64,000 bases of DNA from Dicyema japonicum (lineage: Eukaryota; Animalia; Dicyemida), in NCBI GenBank assembly GCA_011109175.1, contig RDEW01000063.1, positions 100,965-164,964 on the forward strand. The letters are read 5' to 3'. The notes beneath the pieces were generated by a model. That model ran no database searches, had not been told where the DNA came from, and saw only the letters and a list, made by a program, of their open reading frames with translations. The position numbers and the translations under genes were made by a program. Of this stretch, positions 1-10,050 are shown one piece after another (the first letter of the stretch is position 1; each line of letters begins with the position of its first letter).

Positions 1-235
1 TAAGGTATCTAGGTCGTCTGCGGAAGTGAGCTTCAGTCCCACAGCCGACAGGTATCCATTCAAAATAGTTGGGAGTGTGACTCTTAGTCTTCCACGGAAA
101 CCGGCTCCCGTATGCATTAGGTAGTTTTCCATGGCGATATTCGCGGGTACTTGAGCATTTAGACGTAAGATATGTCCAAAGAGACTCCATCTTGATCTGA
201 AGATCTCCTCGGATAGTATACNTTTAACATTCATA
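1..235 (-). mobile_element. RTE-clade LINE, 3' fragment
   Basis: Minus strand reads RWSLFGHILRLNAQVPANIAMENY...FRGRLRVTLP...DDLDTL, the same C-terminal motifs as the other RTE copies in the window. Cut by the window edge. Confidence 0.8.
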
Positions 236-267
236 AATCTTTTCTATTTTCCAAACCAAGATCACTG

Positions 268-1072
268 GACTTCAGATGCTTAAGAAAGACATTATAAAGA
301 TTGGTTGAAAATAGAAAATTTCTAAGACTCTAAAAACTACAATTTCTCAGTCAAAATTACAGTTATTCTCAAAATATTATTATTTCAAGTTGTACTAGAA
401 TGACGTTTTGTGAGTGAAATAAGGACTGTTCGAGATTTTCAGACAAATCAATTCTTCTTGCATTGTGTCGTTACATAATGGAATATTGCTTAGTAATTCA
501 GTAGATTTCCTACAAGAATATTTTTATTAACAATTTGCGCGGGAAAGTACAGATCTCTCAGTAATCAAGATTACCTATATAAATTAAAATAAAGAAAATC
601 CGGTAGTGGCCATGATTTCTGCAACTTTTTTTTCATGAAGAGTTTCAGGATTTGTCGGTATTAGTCGAGTTATTTTTGTAGTTTTTCCTTTGGCTTTCGA
701 AAAATTTCAATATCTTTTCCTATTGAGGATACTTGCGTTTTGGGTGTTCTAATAAGCGAGATGGCTTCATTGTTCCTTCATAGACCCACGTAAATTAAGT
801 GGATCCTTTGAATTTTGAGTAAAACCATACGATAAATATTTCTTCTTCAACATTCAATTTGAAGTAATGTTCATTATGCAATTTATCCTTATCTATCAAC
901 TTGTATTCCGTCATTGCTCCATCAAGTAATCTTCCAGTGAAACTGCTTCTATTTGGACTTATGTTCATTTTCCAATGTATCATGGGATTATGCCAACTTG
1001 AATCCGGTCATTTCTCAAGTTCTTTCAAATAAACTGTTTTGTTGCTTTGAGGAACATTATTAATGGCACTTT
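268..1072 (-). mobile_element. hAT (Buster/ZBED5-like) transposase N-terminal pseudogene fragment plus upstream flank, copy 1
   Basis: Frameshifted minus-strand translation gives MLKKKYLSYGFTQNSKDP...MKPSRLLEHPKRKYP and IPL(C)NDT, matching Buster-type YLSYGFT, MKPSRL and IPLSNDT motifs. Near-identical to 36856-37667. Confidence 0.65.
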
Positions 1073-1199
1073 CATTAGATTTTCAATGAAGGACCGAAAA
1101 GTTACTATTTGTTCTACAGCATCTATATAACGCAAGTATCAAGTGTGGGTATGTTCCGTATTGGTGGAAGAATTCTATAGTTAAGATAGTCCGTCATAA

Positions 1200-3050
1200 A
1201 AACCTGCTTTACCCAAGAGGGACCTAGAATGCCACACTGGGCGGTGTACTTAAGAAATACATGCGGACTAACATCCGATTACGTCCGCATGGTGAAGACT
1301 TCGCACGGATTCCAGGCCTGATTTTGAGCAAAATAAAACTTAGAAAGAGGTACCTGCGATTCCGTGCGAAATGCACTTGTGAGGAGAACAGGATCTTATA
1401 TCAGAGGAAGGCGAACGCGTTGAGAAGGGAAATCAGGAAGGCGCTCGTTGACTTCCAGAGCGACAAATGGAGGAGGGCTTGCGATAGGGTGAACTCCGCA
1501 TGGACAGACATCTGGAGTCAACTGAAGCGCCTGTCGGGCAGAGGGGAAGAGTCGTCTGCGCGTACCTTGAGTCATGCGATGGTTCTAAAACCTCGGATCC
1601 GGCTGAAATAGCGAGCATTTTGCAGGTACCTTTGGAGCAGTCACTGCAGTTCGACCGGAGAAATTCGTCGAAATGTCAGCTCGCCAAAGTATTGAGGATG
1701 TCATCTCTACGGAGAGCCGCAAGCGGAGCCACTCGCCGGGGAATCCGAACATGACATAAATAACTGAGGAGGAGGTCCGGGCCGCGATAATAAAATCGAA
1801 AAACAACGAAACGAGCCAGGACAAGATCCCCATGGCCCTTTTCAAGAAAGGACCTGCAAGTCTGCTGGTGACTTTTGTAAGGTTGTTCAAAGGTAGCTTC
1901 AGGTTGGGTTACCTTCCTAGGCGTTGAAGGAAGCAGAACTGGTTTTTGTAAGGAAACCAGGAAAACCTCCTAAAGACCCTAATAGCTACCGCCCTATAAG
2001 CTTGTTACCTGCCGTTGCTAAAATCTTAAAGAGAGTGATACACCAGAGGTTAACCCAAGTATGCATAATAAGAGACACCTTCTCGGACCTTCAGATGGGA
2101 GTCCGTGAGGGGCGTTTTTGTCGGGACTGTTTTTGGAAATTGAGCTCTCATATTCGTGAAAGGAGTAAAAAGCAGTGCACAGCCGCGCTGTTCCTGGATG
2201 TGGAAAGGGCTTTCATCTCGGTCTGGCATAACGGCCTCCGATGCCCACTTGTAGAAGGGGAAATTTCTTTGGAACTAAGGAGCTGGTTATCAAGCATCTT
2301 AGAGGATCGGATGAACTACGTAAGGCATAAAGGTTGCCGATCTAGTTTGTTTAGATCTCACCGGGGAGTTCCACAAGGGTGGTTCTAAGCCCTACCCTTT
2401 TCAATATATATCTGTCTACACTCCCCCTCCCAGCCACTGAGAGGACGGAGATGGCTGTCTATGCGGACAACATACTACTCTGGGATCAGTCGTGGAAACC
2501 AGATGTGGCATGTCGGAGGATTCTGTCGCTTTCAATGAAATCATACGCTGGTGTGGGCGCAGAGGACCTGAGAAATGCAAGTTATCAGTTTTTGGCCGCC
2601 CTAAGCGGTCTAATAATTTGATACATAGAGTGACCATCTATGGGGTACATATAGAGGTTACTGGGTGGTCGATCTACCTTGGAGTGACGTTCAACTCCAA
2701 GTGTAGTTTCGAGAGCACACAGCCCTTGTTAAGAGGCGGGCTGTGCAAAAACTAGGAGCGTTGAGAACTTTTCAGCTGAGTCCCGATGCCAGGGCGAAAG
2801 TGTTCAACGCCATGCTGCTGCCTATGCTCACTTATGGTACGCATTCCTGGTATTACAGCGAGGAACGCAAAAAGTGCCACACCAAGTTGAGGAAGGTTCG
2901 GCGGCGGGCAATACGGTATTCTTAGAAATGTCTTAGGCATTCCCGTGACGTCTTCTACCGTGGATACCCACCGAGTATTCGGTCGACCAGGTCTCCTCTT
3001 CCCAATAATATGCTCAGCAAAATGATTCTTTATGAGCAATATTACTTGTA
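1200..3050 (+). mobile_element. Jockey/I-like LINE, degenerate reverse transcriptase, 5'-truncated
   Basis: KPGKPPKDPNSYRPISLLPAVAKIL, AALFLDVERAFISVWHNGL, GVPQG..LSPTLFNIY, YADN (YADD decayed), YLGVTFNS. Several frameshifts and stops. Confidence 0.9.
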
Positions 3051-4204
3051 AATGTAGATAATATTAGTTACTGTCAGGACGTATCAGTTTGTGCGTCCTT
3101 ACTGACTTTCCGTTAATGCTTTTTTTGCACTCATCACAACAGAAAAATTATATCCGCCATTTATTATTTTATTAATTATTTATTTAATATTAATTAGTTT
3201 TTTTTTACTAATAAAATGTTTAACTATAATTTATTTTTGACATATTTAACTTGGAAATTTATATCCTTTTTTTTGGCTGAGGTAATGATGTCCATCTTTG
3301 AAAATATGTTTTCCTTGATTACCTTTCGGTACTTTCTACACACGAGTTTTGAAGTTCCAATAAGCATCAACATGGCAACTCGGACGAATAGTAACGAATG
3401 ACTCTGAAAAAGTGAACATAGACTGTACATTTTCTCTCGTTTCTACCTGTTCTGGGTTGGTTGTGTGATTTTGAAGGTCTTCGCGACCATGGGAGGTTGA
3501 TACATTTAATAGGGTTGTTTGTTAAATAAATCTAAATAAATTATGTACAAAAAATTAAAAGCCCAAAGTGAGTTAGTCAATTTTGTCATTGAGGTCTATA
3601 GATAGGAAGAATCAAATACTCCATCTTCATCAAATTTCTTAATAAATGTCCCTTCACTCGTAATCATTCATACAGGCTCAGCAGTGTGGATGTCCTTCAC
3701 ATTTTTAGACTTCTCGAAACACTCCAAACAGCAAAATTTTTTGAAGTTTAAATTGGCATATAATTTCCTTGATATCAGGCAAATCTTGTGTTTTTGGGAG
3801 GTGACCTAGAGTGTAGTATATAAACTAGCAGATCCAAACGGATAATCACACAGAAGATAAAGTAGTTAAATGATCCTCGACATCTTCGTCATATTGCTTG
3901 TTTCAGCAATAAAGTAAAATAAGTGTCAATTGTAATTCTTGGCTCAAAGACCGTTTCCGCTTCGCCCAATTGGCTAACCAGAGGTGTTCTCCGATAGATT
4001 GGAAGTAGCGATAGTTTTGAGAATGTGTGCTATTGTTCGCGACAATGCCTACTGTCTCTTGGCAGCTGGTGCCTGATTTGTTTCATTTGTCTAATTACTG
4101 TTCTTTTACCACCATAAAAAGAAAAAGACATCGTTTTCATGTAGCTAGAATGTAGTTATAGAATCAAAAGGGAGAGCAAATGATCGTTTTGTGTGCTACC
4201 TATT

Positions 4205-4668
4205 CACTAGGTTCCACTAAGACAAGTAGAGTACATGATCTTAAGGTGCAATCTGTATTAGAGAACACCAGGGTCCAAATTAAGGTAGACAGTTTTATCC
4301 GTACCTCGGTGCTAGTCAAGCACAATAAACCGGATATTTTGGTTCTAGATAAGAAGTCTGGCCAAGTCCTTATCATAGATGTTGTATCACGTTTCAAGAC
4401 TATTTGTAGACTGTGGAGGTGGAAAAAAAAGAATGTATGATTTTCTTGCAAACGAGATGGAGCAGATGCTTGGTTGCAAAGTCCTCGTTATTCCTATAGT
4501 AATGACGTGGGACGGAATTGCAACAAAGAACCGCAAGGGTTATCTGAAGTAGTTGGGGGTAGATAGGAAGCTCCAGGTCTATCTACAGTCCACTGTGTTA
4601 AAGCAGATTCTAGAGAGCCTGACACTAGAATATAGGAAGCAGAGCCCTGAGAAGCCATATGGTAGGAC
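4205..4668 (+). mobile_element. R2-superfamily (R4/NeSL-like) LINE, RLE-domain fragment
   Basis: KVQSVLENTRVQIKVDSFIRTSVLVKHNKPDILVLDKKSGQVLIIDV, a PD-(D/E)xK restriction-like endonuclease. Homologous to 6813-7348, 16751-17867 and 24790-25130. Confidence 0.8.
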
Positions 4669-4938
4669 TTGTAAAGCTGATTACTAGAAACGAAAGGATT
4701 TGGAGCCGCATAGTGATGAAGCTGGGATTATTGTTCAAAATTATCACGTTGTCGAGTAATGGAAGAATAGTTAAGGAGAGAAATTGATAATGTTAACTAT
4801 ATTTTCAATAATTAAAGATATTTAATAAAAATGGTAATGAAATATCTTTTATCATAGATATTTAATATATAATTAAATCAAACAATTAAGATGAAAATTT
4901 AAATAAAATAAAATTTGACCTAATAAAATTTAGACTAC

Positions 4939-5306
4939 ATGAACAGAACTATTCATTACATCATAATTATTCTGTTTTGCTGTGGATCCATCTCACAAAA
5001 CTATAAAAATGTGTCTATCAAAATTTCATCTTTAAAATTACAATTTTTCCGTGATGATTTGATTTTTGAATTTATTGGAGATGTTAAATAAATCCGACTG
5101 AATTTTAGATGAAGGATGCTTTGAAACACAATCATCTACTGAAATTAAACACAAAAAATCCACGATTAAACATCATTATGTTTCAGATGGTTAGTATTCT
5201 TGACTGCAATTTAGATACAATAAATTTTGAAAAACTAATTTCGTTTGAAAGTAACGCCGTAAAAAAATTGACGAAAAATCAAATAATTGGAATCGTGTGT
5301 GGAGTT
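4939..5306 (+). pseudogene. Type I membrane protein family, copy C (internally deleted, TM interrupted)
   Basis: Starts MNRTIHYIIII like copies A and B, then jumps near 4978 to the late exons. Has a 25-nt GT-AG intron at 5190-5214 and reads ...AVKKLTKNQIIGIVCGV before being cut by an RTE fragment. Confidence 0.7.
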
Positions 5307-5308
5307 CT

Positions 5309-5713
5309 CCATGCAGAGTTGCTCTACTGCGTACCTCCTCTCAGATATCCTCATGCCAGCCGCTTTATAAACCCCAAAATATCGTTTGAAAAGGAAACGT
5401 GCCACAACCATTCTGTGATCACTGTCTACTAGTGTCCCACTGTAGCTCTGAGAATCTGTTAGCAATGCCTTGTATGCAGATATGTAATCTATTTGGTTAT
5501 ATATAGGCTTGATAGTCCCAGATTTGTCCTTTCGGTAGCAGCTCCATGTCGTCTTATGTCTTCTGAGTGCCTGAAATCAGTATTGCATAAAAATAGTTTG
5601 AATGTATTGCAAAGTTTGATAAGCGATTCTCCTGAATGGTTCCTGATCCCAACTTCATTGCTTCCCAAGAGTTTTCGTGACTACACTCACGTTCTGCTTT
5701 TGCGTTCCAAACT
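5309..5713 (-). mobile_element. RTE LINE, APE endonuclease/linker fragment
   Basis: DSQSYSGTLVDSDHRMVVARF (APE SDH motif). Matches 59255-59655. Confidence 0.85.
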
Positions 5714-5715
5714 AA

Positions 5716-6050
5716 TTATTTTTTTATTCCTGACGCGATTTACCAGAACCCTGACAAAAGAAACGTAATCCAGAGGACGTTATCTAGGAGTTGAGATAGA
5801 TTACAAAATTCTCTTCAGAGAATTTTTAAAGAGCTTCTTCAGTTTTGTAAGGTTGGCTTTAATATGGGAGATCCAATTGATTTTCTTTCGGGTACTTTGT
5901 GAGATAATCATATACACCCGCTGTCAAGAATAAACAATATCAGTGATATTGTTAAATTTGTTGGGGAGATGACATTAATGTTTCCGACCTTAGAACCTTC
6001 TTTCTTGAAGTTGGTACAGTACTTAGGTTTCAGACAATGCGAGGGATTAA
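5716..6050. repeat. Unidentified ~330-bp segment present three times (also ~13085-13440 and ~61765-62130)
   Basis: Direct sequence similarity (aactaattattttttt...ccagaggacgttatct...cttcttcagttt...). Minus strand gives HCLKPKYCTNFKKE-like peptide in each copy. Confidence 0.75.
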
Positions 6051-6344
6051 CTTCACGTCGGCTTGAACGAACACGAAAGAATGAATCCAGACTCTTCAAA
6101 TCATCAATTTCGCGGGGGTAATTCTAATTAAGCTTTGATGTCTAATCTCCCATTAACATCTCGTTTAATTATCATAACTCAACAATTTCGCTTAGTATCT
6201 CATAAATCATACAAAATAGTTGTATCATCCATTCAAATTCAATAATATGCTATAACCAAAAATTGAATCATTCAGAGACACTTGTGAATTTCCAATAGAA
6301 TGAAACAATTTATTAAACTAAACAGTTAACATAGATAATAAACA

Positions 6345-6735
6345 CTAATTATAACGCCCGTTTTGCTGCTTTTTACAATTTTCAATGTATTTTTCATAGT
6401 TAATCCATCGAGGAGTAGGGTTCTTATTGATTTTCCTATCCTTATCAAGTTCGTGATGGATGAATTTACAAATTGCTCCATATGCACTGTAAAACTTTTT
6501 GTGGTAGTTCCTGCAAAGATTTATCTTGTATCCTGCTTTACGTGCTTTGTTCATTAACTCATTTTCCTGATGAGAAAAGTAGCAGTTTTCCCCATGTATA
6601 CACGTTCCAGTATCTAAAAAGTTCTTGCAAACCTTTTTCTGTCGTTATTCAAAATGAGTTTCAGAAGGGTTGTTTCCAGTTTCTCTTAAAGACATGTAGC
6701 ACATTCCTAAATATCGCGAACAAAGCTTTAAATAT
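6345..6735 (-). pseudogene. TIS11/ZFP36 (TTP)-like tandem CCCH zinc-finger gene, copy 1
   Basis: CKNFLDTGTCIHGENCYFSH (C-x8-C-x5-C-x3-H), an 18-aa linker ending GYKINL, then CRNYHKKFYSAYGAICKFIH. In-frame TAA at 6645-6647 just upstream of finger 1. The 5' end abuts an RLE fragment at an N base. Confidence 0.8.
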
Positions 6736-6812
6736 CGTCAAATTTCGTGTATTATGAAATTCTTTCAAAATAATTATGAAATGCTGAGTTGATCTTTTAA
6801 AATAAGTGAGAN

Positions 6813-7348
6813 GTTGAGAACACCTGGGTCCAAATTAAAGTAGACAGTGTTATCCGTACCTCGGTGATAGTCACCAGTATAAACCGGACATTGTGGTACG
6901 CGATAAGGAGTTTGGCCAAATCCTTATCATAGAAGTTGGTATCACGTCTTAAGACCGTTTGCAGACTGTGGAGGTGGAGAAAAAAAGAATGTATGACTTT
7001 CTTGCAAACAAGATGGGGCAGATGCTTGGTTGCAAAGTCCTCGTTATTCCTATAGTAATGACGTTGGACGGAATTGCAACAAAGAACCGCAAGGGTTATC
7101 TGAAGTAGTTGGGGGTAGATAGGAAGCTCCAGGTCTATCTACAGTCCACTGTGTTAAAGCAGATTCTAGAGAGCCTGACACTAGAATATAGGAAGCAGAG
7201 CCCTGAGAAGCCATATGGGCAGAGGGTTCAATTGGACAAGGCGCTCTCGGAGTTTTTCAGCAACCAGAATCAAACCTGCCTGAGGAGGCTGGCGAGGAAG
7301 GTTGTTGATTATTAATTATATTAACTTTTTTTGTTTGTTAAATAAAGT
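6813..7348 (+). mobile_element. R2-superfamily (R4/NeSL-like) LINE, 3' RLE fragment
   Basis: KPDIVVRDKEFGQILIIEVGITS...VEKKRMYDFLANK motifs. The 3' end ...aaataaagtgag is shared with the other copies. Confidence 0.85.
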
Positions 7349-8234
7349 GAGGTAAATATTAAATTTTCATAATAATAAAAAAATATAAAAGTACTGAATT
7401 TTTACTTTATTTTTTGATGGTGTCTAAGAATAGTGAAATTCTAAGCAATTTGTCTATTAACTGATAAGTAGATTTCTTTCTAAACCTCATGAAGACTTGA
7501 AATTTTTTGGTGTGATATTCCTGATAATGCAAGGGAAAAAAATGTATTCTAGACTGATTTTAGTACATATGAGCATTCACAAATGCTTAAACAGCTTAAA
7601 CTTGGAAATCCCACGGATTTTAAATAACTAAACGAATTATTCCAAATCACTCAACAACAGAAAAAACTGGTTAGAGGTTTCGAGAAAACGCAATCAATTG
7701 ATTTTGACGTCATTGTCATTTTAAGCTACCAGATTGTCTGTTACTAAGTTTATCTCAACAAAAGCAAAGCAAATGGTGAGGTCTCTCTTCTAATTACCTC
7801 CCACAAACATAGTGATCCCGCGATTCTGTTAAATCAACGGAAAAGTTTTCAATTTTTTCTAATAGCAGATCGAACGTCAATTTCTTTAAAGAAGAACTTT
7901 AGACTAGGTTGAAAAATGGTAGTCAACAATAGAATTCAACAGAAAGGTTGCTTGTCTTGTGATCGAAGTCTGAGTAACTTTGCTACCCTTTGAGCACGTC
8001 TCCAAACCGAGAGAAAGGGTTAATATAACTAACAGCCAATCGTGATTGAAAGCATTATCCATTTTATTGGATTATGAATACAATAGATGTGCCAAAGTGT
8101 GTTACAAAAACATGACCTCCCTCACGATAAAAATCCCTTTTTTCTATTTGAATTTTACTAGTTTCTTCATTATTATTATTAATAGCACTTTCAAAGAACC
8201 AAAAATGTAGTTTAATTATTTAAAGTTCCGCTTG

Positions 8235-10050
8235 TGCCGTATTTTTCTTCAGGTTATTCTTTCTCCCACAATTCTCTTAACTAACTTCCTCCACGCTCCA
8301 CGGTTACTGGCAATTATTCTGAGGGTATCCAGATCATCTCCTGTTTTCAGCATTCGTCCTACATTAATCAAATCTTTGTGTAGAACCTCTGGCAAAGTTA
8401 TGCGAGGTCTTCCACGGAACGAGGTATTCACTTCTGGGCAGAAATAGTACTCTATTGCTATTTTAGCAGGCGTCATCTGGCTCATTCGAAAGATGTGACC
8501 AAACAGACGCCATCTTGATTCAATGATATCCTGACTCAATAATCTTGTATTACATACTTTGTATATATTATTGATTGTAATTTTTTTGGCAGTTGATGCC
8601 ATGCAACAGTCGGAGTTGTTTACGATGAAAGGCATCAAGTTTGTCCATTACCGCTTTTGAGACACCCCAGGTTGCAGAGTTGTACATTAGGACTGGTTTC
8701 ACAAAGGCATTGTATAGTCTTACACGTAATTGTGTGCTAATTTGTTTACGATGATTCCACACTACTCCCATTTTTCTAAAGGCCGAAACGGTGTTAGCAT
8801 CTTCCTGTTAGTGATATTCTCAGCGTCTCAGAGCAAGACCCCAATTTTTTGCAGTAACTCCATTTTTCATCAGTTCGGGTTAATTGGTAGTTGTCTCCGT
8901 CTTTTCCGTATTGATTTTGATGAACCATTTTTCTAAGACATCTGGCATCCTTGTCCGTATATAGTTTAATGTTTTCTCGTCGCTGGATATATAGTCGATA
9001 TCATCTGCATAAATCACTTCAATTTGAGGTAAATCGACAATTAATAGTCTGATATCTCTGAGTGCCGCCTCCAGATATGTCACAAAAATTACCGGTGACA
9101 AGGAATCTCCTTGCGGTACCCCGAACGTAGTCTCGAATGAGACAGACTCCAAATTTCAAAAACGTACACTTAGCTGCGCTGTTCCAAATAATAGACGGAT
9201 CATTCTGACACTTTCCTCGACAACCAACTTCTCCAAGATATCCAAAAGTCTCCCTCTGTGAATAGAGTCAAAGGCTTTGGACATGTCCATGCCAAGGATG
9301 TCAGAGTTCACTTGTACTTTTGATGTGTTGGACAAAGCCATCGATGTCCCCAGACCACATCAGCTGTAGATTTCCTTGACCTGAATCCGCTTTGACAGTG
9401 AGAGAGAAAGTTCTCGATGTCAGTTCCAATCCAGTTCAGCACTATAAGTGATAGTGTCTTGCATAGAATAGTCAATAGTACGATGGGTCTTAAATTCGTT
9501 AAGGGGCCTTTAGCTTTGCCCGACTTTGGTGGTGTGCCATTACCCACAACCAGTGGTGAGTTGTATTTGAATGTTTTGTTGTTTATCTCAGTTAATAGTT
9601 CAGATATCTCGGTCGGTGCATATTTGAGAAGTTCTGCATTTATGTTGTCAGGGACAGCAGCTATATTGTTGTTCAGTTTGTCCAGGAATTTTTTTGTTTC
9701 CAGAATCGTTATCGGGATATTTAGTTCTCGTGCTGCACCATCGAATTGTTTGATGTTTTCCCCGTGGTTTTGATTGAAGGCCTGCTGATAATAACTGAAT
9801 ATGGTAGATAGAATTTCTATTTTGTTTAACANAAATCATTGTTGATTTCATCTAGTCCGCCTTTTACTTTCGTTTCCTGTAAGCACTCAACGGTTACCTT
9901 GTACGATCCAAGATTCACTCATAAATTTCTTCTTTTAGATCCGACTTTAATCCTCTTACATAGAACGAGCTGATGGTGAAAGATCACGAAGAAAAGCACG
10001 AAAAAGACATGTGTGCAATAGAGCCACGTCACAACAGCTCAACCAAAAAT
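8235..10050 (-). mobile_element. RTE-clade LINE with intact 5' end and most of APE missing
   Basis: CLQETK (APE start), NLRPIVLL, QSGFRSRKSTAD, LGMDMSKAFDSI, GVPQGDSLSP, IYADD, RWRLFGHIFR, FRGRPRITLP. Frameshifted. The APE-to-linker jump falls at the N at 9832. Confidence 0.92.

Noticed and set aside
1433-1890. Antisense and overlapping ORFs in the ORF track here and over other LINEs (e.g. 9417-9773, 49067-49495)
   Set aside because: Shadow frames of GC-richer retrotransposon sequence with no independent support.
3070-3100. Hairpin gtcaggacgta...tgcgtccttactgac after the Jockey-like element
   Set aside because: Single copy and short. It may be a LINE 3' UTR stem but cannot be supported without other copies.
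3590-3900. RING-H2-like relic (C*ACMNDYE*RD)
   Set aside because: Only one partial Cys pair, many stops, and no H-x-F-H segment.
6645-6647. Ciliate-type code (TAA/TAG read as Gln) to explain in-frame stops
   Set aside because: The intact acidic ORF has no internal TAA/TAG in 125 codons, and host genes end in TAA or TAG just before AT-rich flanks. Most stops are explained by tiny introns or decay.
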